DNA of 56,180 nucleotides from a virus (lineage: Duplodnaviria > Caudoviricetes), in the IMG/VR virus record IMGVR_UViG_3300028595_000015, positions 1 through 56,180 of that record; one strand, 5' to 3'. Of the stretch, positions 37,864 through 48,342 are shown one piece after another; the first letter of the stretch is position 1, and every line of letters begins with the position of its first letter. The notes below the pieces were generated by a model, which had not been told where the DNA came from, searched no databases, and saw only the letters and a program-made list of their open reading frames with translations. The position numbers were made by a program, and so were the translations under genes.

Positions 37864-40800
37864 ATGCTTGATTTTCTGATAATTTCAACCAGAACAAGAA
37901 AAGGTGTTGTGGAAATATATCCGAAATTCAAAATAACTAGTAAAAGTAAGGACTTAATGACTCGTGGTGGCGATTTTTATGCCATATGGATAGAACAACT
38001 AGGTCTTTGGTCGACGAATGAAGATGATGCTCTAATCCTTATAGATGGATATTTAGATGATTTTGCTCAAAAGAATAAACATCGATATGGGGAAGACAAT
38101 GTCCATATATTATATATGTGGGATTCAGATTCTAACATGATTGATAAATGGCATAAGTATTGTCAGAAGCAGATGCGGACGAACTGGAGACAACTAAATG
38201 ATAATCTTGTTTTCTTGAATCAAGTAGCTAAAAGAGAAGACTATGCAACTACCAGATTAAATTATTCTTTAGATGAGGTTGGTAGTCGTGATAATTGGGA
38301 TGAGTTGGTTGGCACTCTATACAAACCAAATGATCGTCATAAAATAGAGTGGTGCATAGGCGCTATTCTAAATGGTGACTCTAAATGGATCCAAAAATTT
38401 GCAGTTTTTTATGGTCCTCCAGGTAGTGGTAAATCTACTATTCTTGACGTTATTGATAAACTATTTGAAGGCTACGCGAAGACTTTTAAAGCTTCGTCTT
38501 TGGGGTCTTCTCAGGATTTATTTGCTTTGGAACAATTTAAGGAGAATCCTCTTGTTGCTATAAGTCATGATGACGATTTGTCTAGAATTGACTCAAACAC
38601 TAGAATTAATAGTTTAGTATCTCACGAGAAGATGATAGTTAACGAAAAACATAAATCATTATATGAAATGCGATTTCGGTCATTCTTGTTCATGGGGACC
38701 AATACTCCTGTAAAGATAACAAATGCAAAATCAGGATTGCTTCGTAGGCTAATTGATATTTACCCATCTGGTAACACGATTCCTTTAAAGCGATATAATC
38801 GTTTAATTGAAAGAGTTAACTTTGAGCTTGGGGCTATTGCATATCATTGCCTTAGTGTTTATGAGGAAAACAAACATGCTTATGACGAATATAGACCAAC
38901 ACTAATGATTAGTGAGTCAAATGACTTCTATAATTTTGTAGCGGATAGTTATACTGTATTCAATAAGGATAATAGTACAACTTTGAAAGCGTCTTGGGAG
39001 ATGTATAAAATTTATTGCGACCAAGCCAGAGTCCCTTATCCAATGTCTATGCGAGTTTTCAAAAATGAATTAAGAAATTATTTTAAAAATTATGAAGAAA
39101 GAGCAAGAATCGATGGTAACTACGTTCGTTCGTATTATTCTGACTTTAGAAATGATATTTTCGATGAAAAAAAAGAAGATGTCAAACCAAAAGATAAGAA
39201 GATCGAAGACACTTATGAATTAATAAAATTTGGAGAACACCCATCAATCCTTGATATTCATGCTGCTAATTGGGATGCACAATATAGTACGAGATCTGGT
39301 GTCCCTACTAAAAAATGGGCAGAATGTACCACAACATTAAAAGAATTGGATACTTCAAGATTACATTATCTTAAGGTTCCAGAGAATCATATCGTTATTG
39401 ACTTTGATATTCAAGGGGATGACGGTAAAAAAGACTTCAAAAAGAATTTAGAAGAGGCTAGTAAATGGCCGACGACATATGCTGAGTTAAGTAAATCTGG
39501 TGGGGGAATTCATCTACATTATATTTATGAAGGCGATCCAACTCTCCTAAGCAGAGTATATGCGGATAACATTGAGATTAAAGTTTTCACTGGGAATAGT
39601 TCCCTCAGAAGACAATTAACAAAGTGTAATGAAGAAGAGATTAGCACAATCAATTCTGGATTACCTTTACGGGAGGTTGGCCGAGTGATAAACTTCACAA
39701 GCGTTAAAAATGAAAAAGCAATACGAACTATGATTAGAAATAATATTAATAAAAAGTACCACTCAGGAACAAAACCATCTATAGACTTTATATTTAAGAT
39801 TTTAGATGAGGCGTATAATAGTGGGGTTAAATATGATGTCAGTGATTTATATGGTACAGTTATAGCTTTTGCAGCAAGTAGTACCAATCAATCTGACTAT
39901 TGTTTAAACTTAGTTCCGAAAATGAAATTTAAATCGGAAGAACCATCTATAAACGTAGAAAATGATGATAAACCTATAGCTTTTTATGACATTGAAGTGT
40001 TTCCTAATTTATTGATAATTAACTGGAAACTAAGGGGGGTTGGGCGACCTGTAACAAGAATGATTAATCCAAATCCTCATGAAATAGAAATGTTATTAAA
40101 CTATAGACTTGTGGGCTTCAATTGTAGACGTTATGATAATCATATAATATACGGAGCATTACTTGGATATTCTAATATGAAGTTATTTGAGCTTAGTCAA
40201 AAAATAATTCAAGATAAGAAAGGCTTCTTTAATGAAGCTTATAACATCAGCTATACAGATGTTTATGATTATTCAAGAGAGAAAATGTCACTTAAAAAGT
40301 GGCAAATTAAATTAAAAATTAAACATAAAGAGTTAGGGTTACCTTGGGATCAACCAGTTCCAGAAGATAAATGGATTGAAGTTGCTGAGTACTGTGATAA
40401 TGATGTTATAGCAACTGAGGCTGTATTTGATTACACGCAAGGAGATTTCAGGGCTAGACAAATGTTGGTCGCTTTGGTTAAAAACTTTAGAAAGATTAAT
40501 GTTTGCGTAAACGACACTACGAATAGTCTAACAACTAAATTGATATTTGGGTGGGAAAAGAATCCTAAACTTAATTATGTAGATTTATCGAAAGAATTTC
40601 CGGGTTATGAATTCGTTAAAACTTGGAATAATAAAACACGAAGATACGATAAGTTTAATATGTATCGAGGTGTTGATTTAAAATTTGGTGGGTACGTTTA
40701 TGCCGAGCCTGGCATATATACTAATGTTGGTTTACTAGATATTACAAGCATGCATCCAAATTCGGCAATTATTATGAACTATTTTGGCGAATATACAGAG

Positions 40801-41709
40801 ATATACAAATCATTGGTGGTTGCAAGGGTTTATATTAAAGAAGGAAATTTAGATGCGGCGAAAGAACTGTTTGATAGGGTTTTAGAACCTTTCTTAAATG
40901 ACCCATCTTTAGCAGACGATGTGGCTGGAGCTTTAAAAATAGCTATTAACGCTGTATATGGTTTAACTTCTGCAAGATTTAAAAATCCTTTTAAAGACCC
41001 TATGAATGAAAATAATATTGTTGCTCTTCGTGGAGCTCTATTCATGAAGACCTTACAAGATGCTTTAAATGAAAAAGGTGTTAAGGTTATCCATATAAAA
41101 ACAGATTCAATTAAGATACCTGACATCACCGATGATATTATTAACTTCTGTCACAAATTTGCCAAGAAGTACGGATATGAATTTAACCATGAGGCGACGT
41201 ATGATAGAATATGTCTTGTCAATGACGCAGTTTATGTTGCAAGATATGATTCTGAAGGAATGAGAGACAAAAAAGGCAAGAATGCTAATAAGTGGACTGC
41301 AACAGGTACACAATTCAAAGTTCCGTATGTATTTAAGAAACTTTTTAGTAAAGAAAAAATAGAGTTTGAAGACCTATCAGAGGTAAAACAAGTCAAGTCA
41401 GCTTTATATTTAAATATGAATGAGTCAACTGGTAAAGATGACTTAAAATTTATTGGAAGAGTTGGTAACTTTTCACCCGTTGTTTCTGGAGCTGGCGGAG
41501 GTTTACTTGTTAAGCCTGTTGTAAAAAATGATGGGAGTACATCGTACGATGCTGTAACGGGTACAAAAGGTTACAGATGGTTAGAAGCGGAAGTAGTAGA
41601 AGAATTAGATCTAAAAGACTCAATTGACTATTCTTATTACAATAAGATGGTAGATGATGCAGTATCATCTATTAATAAGTATGGTGATTTCGAATGGTTT
41701 ACGAGTTAA
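37864..41709 (+). CDS. Fused SF3/D5-like helicase - AEP-type primase - family B-like DNA polymerase
   Basis: GPPGSGKST and GTN (helicase); VIDFD and ELSKSGGGIHLHY (AEP); exo FYDIE, GFN..YD, YC.ND; pol D..SMHPN, KIAINAVYG, KTDS. Confidence 0.88.
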   Translation: MLDFLIISTRTRKGVVEIYPKFKITSKSKDLMTRGGDFYAIWIEQLGLWSTNEDDALILIDGYLDDFAQKNKHRYGEDNVHILYMWDSDSNMIDKWHKYCQKQMRTNWRQLNDNLVFLNQVAKREDYATTRLNYSLDEVGSRDNWDELVGTLYKPNDRHKIEWCIGAILNGDSKWIQKFAVFYGPPGSGKSTILDVIDKLFEGYAKTFKASSLGSSQDLFALEQFKENPLVAISHDDDLSRIDSNTRINSLVSHEKMIVNEKHKSLYEMRFRSFLFMGTNTPVKITNAKSGLLRRLIDIYPSGNTIPLKRYNRLIERVNFELGAIAYHCLSVYEENKHAYDEYRPTLMISESNDFYNFVADSYTVFNKDNSTTLKASWEMYKIYCDQARVPYPMSMRVFKNELRNYFKNYEERARIDGNYVRSYYSDFRNDIFDEKKEDVKPKDKKIEDTYELIKFGEHPSILDIHAANWDAQYSTRSGVPTKKWAECTTTLKELDTSRLHYLKVPENHIVIDFDIQGDDGKKDFKKNLEEASKWPTTYAELSKSGGGIHLHYIYEGDPTLLSRVYADNIEIKVFTGNSSLRRQLTKCNEEEISTINSGLPLREVGRVINFTSVKNEKAIRTMIRNNINKKYHSGTKPSIDFIFKILDEAYNSGVKYDVSDLYGTVIAFAASSTNQSDYCLNLVPKMKFKSEEPSINVENDDKPIAFYDIEVFPNLLIINWKLRGVGRPVTRMINPNPHEIEMLLNYRLVGFNCRRYDNHIIYGALLGYSNMKLFELSQKIIQDKKGFFNEAYNISYTDVYDYSREKMSLKKWQIKLKIKHKELGLPWDQPVPEDKWIEVAEYCDNDVIATEAVFDYTQGDFRARQMLVALVKNFRKINVCVNDTTNSLTTKLIFGWEKNPKLNYVDLSKEFPGYEFVKTWNNKTRRYDKFNMYRGVDLKFGGYVYAEPGIYTNVGLLDITSMHPNSAIIMNYFGEYTEIYKSLVVARVYIKEGNLDAAKELFDRVLEPFLNDPSLADDVAGALKIAINAVYGLTSARFKNPFKDPMNENNIVALRGALFMKTLQDALNEKGVKVIHIKTDSIKIPDITDDIINFCHKFAKKYGYEFNHEATYDRICLVNDAVYVARYDSEGMRDKKGKNANKWTATGTQFKVPYVFKKLFSKEKIEFEDLSEVKQVKSALYLNMNESTGKDDLKFIGRVGNFSPVVSGAGGGLLVKPVVKNDGSTSYDAVTGTKGYRWLEAEVVEELDLKDSIDYSYYNKMVDDAVSSINKYGDFEWFTS

Positions 41710-41735
41710 AAAAAATAAAAAGGAGAACTTAAAAA

Positions 41736-42329
41736 ATGAGTAATGTTATTGAACAAGGTTTAGAAAAAGTTCGAGACACCCATTTTATATTTAATGAGCG
41801 TGGTGGATTCGAGATAAGAAATGCTTATATTTTCTGGACAAATTTCAGAGGAGAAAGAGACCAATTTGGGAATGACGCAAGAAATTTTAATGTTGCCGTT
41901 CCTGAAGAAGTTGGGGTTGAGCTTTTAAAAAGAGGTTGGAGAGTAAGAGAACGTGCCTCTTATGATGATGAAAGTAGAGTCTTATATTTCATCAATATTA
42001 AAGTACGAATGGAGAGTAAAAATCCTCCAATTATTAGTTTATATTCTGAGTTTAGAGGTAAAAGAACAAAAAGAGCATTAGATATTAATACTATCGGAGA
42101 ACTTGATAGATTAGATTTGATGCAGTGTGACTTATCAGTAAATGCTTATGAATCACCTATGTATCCTGGTAAAATAACTGGATATTTAGGCAAATTGAAT
42201 GCTATTCAAACACCTAACATTGAGTTTGGTGGAAAGTATGACGATTGGTTAGACGAGGAGCACGATTGTTTAGCGGATGGCTCTTGTACATTAGAAGAGT
42301 GGACAGAGATGAATAAGAAAGATGAGTAA
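41736..42329 (+). CDS. Putative single-stranded DNA-binding protein
   Basis: Follows the polymerase; aromatic beta-rich core (NFRG....N..RNF) and an acidic tail. Confidence 0.55.
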   Translation: MSNVIEQGLEKVRDTHFIFNERGGFEIRNAYIFWTNFRGERDQFGNDARNFNVAVPEEVGVELLKRGWRVRERASYDDESRVLYFINIKVRMESKNPPIISLYSEFRGKRTKRALDINTIGELDRLDLMQCDLSVNAYESPMYPGKITGYLGKLNAIQTPNIEFGGKYDDWLDEEHDCLADGSCTLEEWTEMNKKDE

Positions 42330-42579
42330 CGAAAAAATTATATTTGACGACGAAGAGGTTGAAAAATACCTCACCGTCGCTGAAGCAGACATACTTCACG
42401 TACTACATCAAAAAATTATGGATTGTAAAAGGGACAGTATGGATATTCCAAAATTGATTAAAGACCGCGTTGGAAAAATGGTAAATCAAAAAGGGCAATA
42501 CTTACTTAACTGTGGATACAATTCTTTAGAGGTTATTGATATTGATCAATCTAATCTTAAAATAACTATAAATGACTAA
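42322..42579 (+). CDS. Hypothetical protein
   Basis: Coupled ORF. Confidence 0.55.
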   Translation: MSNEKIIFDDEEVEKYLTVAEADILHVLHQKIMDCKRDSMDIPKLIKDRVGKMVNQKGQYLLNCGYNSLEVIDIDQSNLKITIND

Positions 42580-42599
42580 AAAGTTGGGAGGTAACTACT

Positions 42600-42929
42600 T
42601 TGCAGCAGGACAAACTTTACTTATTTGAAAGTAGTAAATTAGAAATACTTAAGAAGCATGGTAATCTTGTATTATCCTTAAAGACTTTTAAAAAGAGTTT
42701 GAGGTATATGGGAGAAGAGATATTACAAATAAAAACTAAAAAGATTTTAAGAGGTACGCCTGATAAAATGGGCGAAGACCAAAAGAAACAATATGATGAG
42801 TTAGTTAATTTAGTACTCGTCGAATTAGAAGCTGTTACTGGTTTTAAAAAATTAGTTTGTAGATTTTTACCAGTTGAGGAAGATGCATCAATGAATGATC
42901 AACCTTGTGTAATTATCGAACAAGCTTAA
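42600..42929 (+). CDS. Hypothetical protein
   Basis: GGAGG + TTG start. Confidence 0.6.
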   Translation: MQQDKLYLFESSKLEILKKHGNLVLSLKTFKKSLRYMGEEILQIKTKKILRGTPDKMGEDQKKQYDELVNLVLVELEAVTGFKKLVCRFLPVEEDASMNDQPCVIIEQA

Positions 42930-42942
42930 AAGAGGTGTATTT

Positions 42943-44253
42943 ATGGCAGGAGTACAGTTAAGAGATTATCAATACGATGCGGTAATGAAAATGCGGAATG
43001 GTTGTATTTTAGCTGGTGGTGTTGGGGTTGGTAAATCCCGCACCGTGCTTGCCTATTATTATATTCTTAATGGGGGCGAAGTAAATACGCCTACTTATAT
43101 GAAAATGCATCACTCCCCGAAAGATATTTACATAATAACTACCGCATTAAAAAGAGATAAAAAAGAGTGGGAATTAGAATTACTTAATTTTAAAATGTCA
43201 CCCGATCCGAAAGAATCCAGGTATAGACATAATATAGTAATCGATAGTTGGAATAATATAAAAAAGTATGTGGATGTTAAAGATGCTTTTTTTATATTTG
43301 ATGAGCAGCGTGTTATAGGTTATGGAACTTGGACAAAATCTTTTTTGGCAATAGCAAAAAATAATGAGTGGGTATTACTATCAGCAACACCTGGAGATAC
43401 ATGGTCTGATTATATGCCGGTGTTTATAGCTAATGGTTGGTATAAAAATAAAACAGATTTTAATAGAAAGCATGCCGTATTCTCTAGATGGACAAAGTAT
43501 CCAAAAATAGAAAGATGGGTAAACGAAGGTCGACTAATACGTTTAAGGAAACATATTTTGATAGAGATGAATATGATTCGGTCGACGGTAAGAAATCACG
43601 AATATATAACAGTTGATTATGATAGGGTATTATATGCGGAGACTGCTAAAAAAAGATGGAATCCATATCTTGATAGACCTATAGAAAATGCTACGGAGTT
43701 TTGTTATACTCTTAGAAAGATTGTTAACAGCGATCCATCAAGACTTTATGCACTAATGGATATTTTAAAGAAGAAAAAAAAAGCTATAATTTTTTATAAT
43801 TTTGATTATGAGTTAGAGTTATTGCGTAAGCTTTTTGGTGATAGTCACTCTATTACAGAAAAAAACAAAGAGAAAGATGATCCTATAATTAAAGAAGATA
43901 TTCCATGGTTGCACCTTGTTGATGAGCGTATAGCTAAGGCCGAATGGAATGGTCATAGACATGAAGATGTCCCGACTGATGATTATTGGGCGTATTTAGT
44001 TCAATATACGGCTGGGTCTGAGGGGTGGAATTGTATAACCACTGACACTATAATATTCTTTTCTATGACTTATTCTTTCAGAGTGCTTGAACAGGCTAGC
44101 GGACGTATTGATAGAATGAACACTGATTATACGGATTTATATTACTTTCATTTTAGAAGTAATAGTAAGATTGATTTAGCAATAAGACAGGCGCAGAAAA
44201 GAAAGAAAAGATTTAATGAAAAAAATTTCGCGCCATTATTCGAGGAGGAATAA
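42943..44253 (+). CDS. Superfamily 2 (SNF2-like) helicase
   Basis: LRDYQ, GVGVGKS, FIFDEQ, LSATPG, SEGWN, QASGRIDR. Confidence 0.9.
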   Translation: MAGVQLRDYQYDAVMKMRNGCILAGGVGVGKSRTVLAYYYILNGGEVNTPTYMKMHHSPKDIYIITTALKRDKKEWELELLNFKMSPDPKESRYRHNIVIDSWNNIKKYVDVKDAFFIFDEQRVIGYGTWTKSFLAIAKNNEWVLLSATPGDTWSDYMPVFIANGWYKNKTDFNRKHAVFSRWTKYPKIERWVNEGRLIRLRKHILIEMNMIRSTVRNHEYITVDYDRVLYAETAKKRWNPYLDRPIENATEFCYTLRKIVNSDPSRLYALMDILKKKKKAIIFYNFDYELELLRKLFGDSHSITEKNKEKDDPIIKEDIPWLHLVDERIAKAEWNGHRHEDVPTDDYWAYLVQYTAGSEGWNCITTDTIIFFSMTYSFRVLEQASGRIDRMNTDYTDLYYFHFRSNSKIDLAIRQAQKRKKRFNEKNFAPLFEEE

Positions 44254-44260
44254 AAGTATT

Positions 44261-44770
44261 ATGAAAAATTTTATTAATGAAGTAGGGAAGTATATATCCA
44301 AACACAAAGTACTATATTATATCCTTAATTTTACTTGGGGGTTGCCATTAACGATTGTTGGATATTTTCTAATGTTGGTGTTAAGTCCTTGGGCAAAGAT
44401 TAAGAAATATGGATATATTTACTACATCGAGATCCAATCAAATGCAAGTTGGGGACTTAGTATGGGTACCACATTTATTACAGGTTTAAGAGGTAGTTCA
44501 AGCTATGGGTTAAAAGAACATGAGTTTGGACACACTGTACAGAATGCTATATTCGGACCTTTTATGATTTTTATTGTGTCTATTCCAAGTTTTATTAGAT
44601 GTAATTATAGGAGTTTTATTAGAACAATAAATCCTAATTTAGTAAAAGGCGCTTATTATGATATTTGGTTTGAATCAACTGCGTCTACAATTGGAGAATG
44701 GTATGAGTCAATTAGGTATATAATGGCAGATGTTAAAACAACAAAAGAAGCAATGAATAGATTCAAATAA
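44261..44770 (+). CDS. Membrane protein with an HExxH motif (putative zinc metallopeptidase)
   Basis: TM segments; EHEFGHTVQ; downstream WFE..A; ATG 44261 after GAGGAGG. Confidence 0.65.
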   Translation: MKNFINEVGKYISKHKVLYYILNFTWGLPLTIVGYFLMLVLSPWAKIKKYGYIYYIEIQSNASWGLSMGTTFITGLRGSSSYGLKEHEFGHTVQNAIFGPFMIFIVSIPSFIRCNYRSFIRTINPNLVKGAYYDIWFESTASTIGEWYESIRYIMADVKTTKEAMNRFK

Positions 44771-44795
44771 CGTAAACTCTTAAATTTAATTGTTT

Positions 44796-44824
44796 GCGCA
44801 AATTATACATACTCCTTTATAAGG
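44796..44824 (+). promoter_or_regulatory. 29-bp motif copy 8 (overlaps the SD)
   Basis: GCGCAAATTATACATACTCCTTTATAAGG. Confidence 0.72.
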
Positions 44825-44836
44825 AGGAATGATAAA

Positions 44837-45178
44837 ATGTTAGTAATTTATATTATTGGATCAAGCAGGTTTAGTGTTGTAAAAGAAGATTTATACAATT
44901 TTTTAAACGGGATTGATAGTGTTGCTCCACTAGCGGTGGGCATTAGTGAAATATATAAGAATTCACTAAATGACAAAAATTATGAGGAGTTACATTACTT
45001 AGAAGATAGAAGTATGGACGAGGCTAATTTTGTTATATTGGTTGATTCTGATTATACGGATTCAAAAGTTCATGTTGGTGAAGACACTCAACGAGAGTTA
45101 AATTATTGTGTTGAAAACAATATTACTGTTTTGAAAAATGATATTAATATTTTAAAAACTTTATTGAAGAAGGGTTAA
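44837..45178 (+). CDS. Cassette gene 8, nucleoside 2-deoxyribosyltransferase-like (flavodoxin-fold) protein
   Basis: VIYIIGS...MDEANFVILV...VGEDTQRELNYC...ITV; 12-bp stem at 45166-45200. Confidence 0.55.
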   Translation: MLVIYIIGSSRFSVVKEDLYNFLNGIDSVAPLAVGISEIYKNSLNDKNYEELHYLEDRSMDEANFVILVDSDYTDSKVHVGEDTQRELNYCVENNITVLKNDINILKTLLKKG

Positions 45179-45228
45179 CAATGACTCTTCTTCTTTATTT
45201 TATATTTTAGAAGGAGGAACTTAGAAAA

Positions 45229-46182
45229 ATGAAAAAAGTATTTATAACAAAAACGCCCAGTGCTGACACACGTTCTGCTACTGGATTAATGTCTGTTGAG
45301 GAAGTAACACGTGATACTAATCAGCATATTAAAGATGTTAAGAGTATTATATATTCTTTGGCAGAGGAAATGATGTTAAAAGCATCTAATCATGACCATA
45401 CTAAATTAGAAAATATTGAAGAGTTTACAGAGGCTCTTAATAAAGGTTTTATTGGTGAACAAAAAATCAAAGATAGCCTTTGGTGGACAAAACATTTGGT
45501 TGAAAGACACCATTTAAATGATAGTGTTCCTGCAGATGTAACGTTATTAGATGTTATTGAGATGATTGCGGACGGTGTTGCTGCTGGTAAAGCTCGTACA
45601 GGAGATGTTTATGATATAGAGTTACCTAGTGATATTCTACAAGAAGCTTTGATAAACACTCAGCATTACATAATGGAAAACGCTGAAATAGTAGGTAATG
45701 ACAGTGACGAATGTTGTGAATCTAGTGGATTGGAAAGTGTAAAAAGCGTATTCGAACGTTATAGAGCAATTAACGAAGTAAAATATGATAACCCGGATGC
45801 TTTCGACGTATACTATCAAGATCCAGATACTAGAGAAATAATCAAAGGGCCTAATATATTACCTCATGAACCAGATTACTTTCTTATAGACCATTTGATA
45901 TATATTGGTAATAAGAAAACTTATGATAAGTTTAGCGGTGAATTAGGAATTGATGAGTTTTATTCTTACACTTATAGTCGTTCTAGGGTAGCTATTGTAG
46001 GTAAAAATAGTAAGACTGGAGAATGGTTTGGATGGAGTCATAGAGGATATGGAAAATTTTACCCTGGATATGTCGTAAAAGAGGGTAGTATGTTGTCTAA
46101 AAAGTTTGTAGCTGGATATTCTCCTCAGACCGACGAACAGCTTAGATTGGTCGCAGAAGTATTTGCGGATTTGATGGATTAG
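45229..46182 (+). CDS. HD-like (DUF5662-type) domain fused to an unknown C-terminal domain
   Basis: H..., HDHTKL, H...RHH, DVIEMIAD. Confidence 0.6.
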   Translation: MKKVFITKTPSADTRSATGLMSVEEVTRDTNQHIKDVKSIIYSLAEEMMLKASNHDHTKLENIEEFTEALNKGFIGEQKIKDSLWWTKHLVERHHLNDSVPADVTLLDVIEMIADGVAAGKARTGDVYDIELPSDILQEALINTQHYIMENAEIVGNDSDECCESSGLESVKSVFERYRAINEVKYDNPDAFDVYYQDPDTREIIKGPNILPHEPDYFLIDHLIYIGNKKTYDKFSGELGIDEFYSYTYSRSRVAIVGKNSKTGEWFGWSHRGYGKFYPGYVVKEGSMLSKKFVAGYSPQTDEQLRLVAEVFADLMD

Positions 46183-46186
46183 TCTT

Positions 46187-46633
46187 ATGGATATATTAAA
46201 TTACAAAGACATAGATGATGTTATTATATCTTCTGATTTAAGTACTAGTGATAACATCATGACTACTACAATATCTGTTGTTAAAAAAGACGGTTCTATG
46301 ATGGTTGTTTACCAGGAGAAGAATAATATTAAATATGATATTCCTCCAATATCTATTAAAAATGCAAATCTTAGACTTTCAAAATCGCTTTTATCTCAAA
46401 AATACACTCATGATTATAAGGGGGATTCTCTTATTAATATGGGATTTACGGTTACGGTTAATGAATTTAATTCTCAAATTTATTATGTTGGAAAGTATAG
46501 AGGAGAGCGTTGTGTAATTTTGTTTTATCCTTTAGCTAAAACATACCGTGTCGATACAGATTATGTGATAGATGAAGAATTAGATAATGCGATAAATATT
46601 CAGAAAAATAAAATATTTAGGGGGAGTATTTAA
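46187..46633 (+). CDS. Hypothetical protein
   Basis: Coupled ORF. Confidence 0.55.
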   Translation: MDILNYKDIDDVIISSDLSTSDNIMTTTISVVKKDGSMMVVYQEKNNIKYDIPPISIKNANLRLSKSLLSQKYTHDYKGDSLINMGFTVTVNEFNSQIYYVGKYRGERCVILFYPLAKTYRVDTDYVIDEELDNAINIQKNKIFRGSI

Positions 46634-47349
46634 TGAACGATGAAAAAAATGATAAAAAAATAAAAGAGGTATTTAAAATTTCCGGTGAAAGTAAGTTTGG
46701 AAGTCTTGGCACTACTCTAATACTTAATGGTCCAAAACCTAAAAAGAGTACCTTAGAGTTGATGGGCGAGTCAACTATTGATTTGAAAAAACCAGGTATT
46801 ATAATTGCAGTATATCCTGGTATGGGTCAAGAAGTCTATTCAAAATTTTATGATAACTATTTTCATTTAGAATCTTACCCTTACTATACTAAAAAAATGC
46901 CTAGAGGTAAAAGCCAGGGAATGATGTATGCCCTTGACGCTATTAACAAAGTCCAACAAGAGGATTATGATATTTGTTTTGTCGATGCTCATACGGACGT
47001 TTTAAATTATTTAAAAGGGTTAAATCAAGATTTTATTATATTTTATCCAACCCCAACGCAAAAAAAAGAAGTTGTTTTGGAGAGGATTGCTAGGATTTAT
47101 AGTAATAGGATGAGTTTATATTCAGCAGGATTACTTGTTTATGTTACAAAAAATCATGTTAAGAAAATTAATGACCTCAGAATGTATCCTAATTCTATAG
47201 CTTCTTCAAAAGGTATTTTAAACGAAGAGTTACTATTAGAAATCTCTAGAGCCACCCCTTTAGAAAGAAGAAAAATAATAGAAGTATTTTCGGAGATGAA
47301 AAAAACAACCAATATAGTACCTCCGAAGGATCCAAAAAAAGAGGTTTAA
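46633..47349 (+). CDS. Possible degenerate P-loop kinase-like protein
   Basis: IIIAVYPGMGQ (Walker A-like but lacking Lys), DICFVD, IIFYP. Confidence 0.4.
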   Translation: MNDEKNDKKIKEVFKISGESKFGSLGTTLILNGPKPKKSTLELMGESTIDLKKPGIIIAVYPGMGQEVYSKFYDNYFHLESYPYYTKKMPRGKSQGMMYALDAINKVQQEDYDICFVDAHTDVLNYLKGLNQDFIIFYPTPTQKKEVVLERIARIYSNRMSLYSAGLLVYVTKNHVKKINDLRMYPNSIASSKGILNEELLLEISRATPLERRKIIEVFSEMKKTTNIVPPKDPKKEV

Positions 47350-47350
47350 A

Positions 47351-47632
47351 ATGGATACTTCTAAATTAACTGAGAAGATGTATAAGGCGATGACTTCGAA
47401 TAACATTGGCGTTGTTAAGGATTTATCGGACGAGTTCGCAGAGCAATTTGATTTATACTATTTTACAACTCAAAACGTTACTAGTGTGGACAATGGATTT
47501 ATTGCTGGTTGTATAGAAATGGGAGAACTAATGTTGGCTCTTAACTTCTTAAAGAATGTGTATAAGATGAGTTTAACAGATTCTATAATCCATGTAATTA
47601 AAGTATTAAGAAAGGAGGTTACTATTGTATAA
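47351..47632 (+). CDS. Hypothetical protein
   Basis: GAGG SD; coupled. Confidence 0.6.
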   Translation: MDTSKLTEKMYKAMTSNNIGVVKDLSDEFAEQFDLYYFTTQNVTSVDNGFIAGCIEMGELMLALNFLKNVYKMSLTDSIIHVIKVLRKEVTIV

Positions 47633-48282
47633 TGAGTAAGAGAAGAAAATTAAGAACTTATGACGATGTTCGTCGGTCTGGAAAATACAAAGACGCTATT
47701 ATTATTGATAATTGGAAGCATCTTCGATCTTGGTATTCTAAACACGGACCTTCTAAAACTCACGAAATAGTATTTACAGAGTACGCCGCTCACATTAAAT
47801 TACGTAGAGATATTCCAGAAAGAGATAAAAAAGATGCTACTTGCTTCTATTACCTTTCAACTCATGCTTTCTATGGTAAGAGATCTTGGTTATGGTCAAC
47901 AGAAGCTTTATATTCTTGTGGTTTTACAGGAATAATAATTCGTAACTGGGATGCTGAAGAAGAAGGAGAAGAGTGGCCTGAAGAAACTTGGGAAAGTGCG
48001 TTAGCAACTAATGAAAAATTAGAGGTATCGAGAGTAATTCAAAGAGAGTCGTTGGCTACAGAATATGGGTTTAACGATAAAGATACATTAGTACCTGAGA
48101 ATTTAGTAGAGAAACTTAATGAGCTTGATTATATTTCCACAGAAGATTTAACAAGAGTGGACAGTAGATACTGGATGACAACTTCTAATGAGGGTACAAC
48201 AGTGGTTTATTGGGACATAGGTAACAATTGGTGCGTGATAAGTTGTATAGTCCCACCAGAAGAAATTGATTTGTTTACCTAA
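47632..48282 (+). CDS. Hypothetical protein
   Basis: AAGGAGG SD. Confidence 0.65.
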   Translation: MSKRRKLRTYDDVRRSGKYKDAIIIDNWKHLRSWYSKHGPSKTHEIVFTEYAAHIKLRRDIPERDKKDATCFYYLSTHAFYGKRSWLWSTEALYSCGFTGIIIRNWDAEEEGEEWPEETWESALATNEKLEVSRVIQRESLATEYGFNDKDTLVPENLVEKLNELDYISTEDLTRVDSRYWMTTSNEGTTVVYWDIGNNWCVISCIVPPEEIDLFT

Positions 48283-48342
48283 ACAATATTTACCTAAAAC
48301 TTTTATTAGTTTGCCAAAAAAAAGATAAGGAGAACTTAGAAA

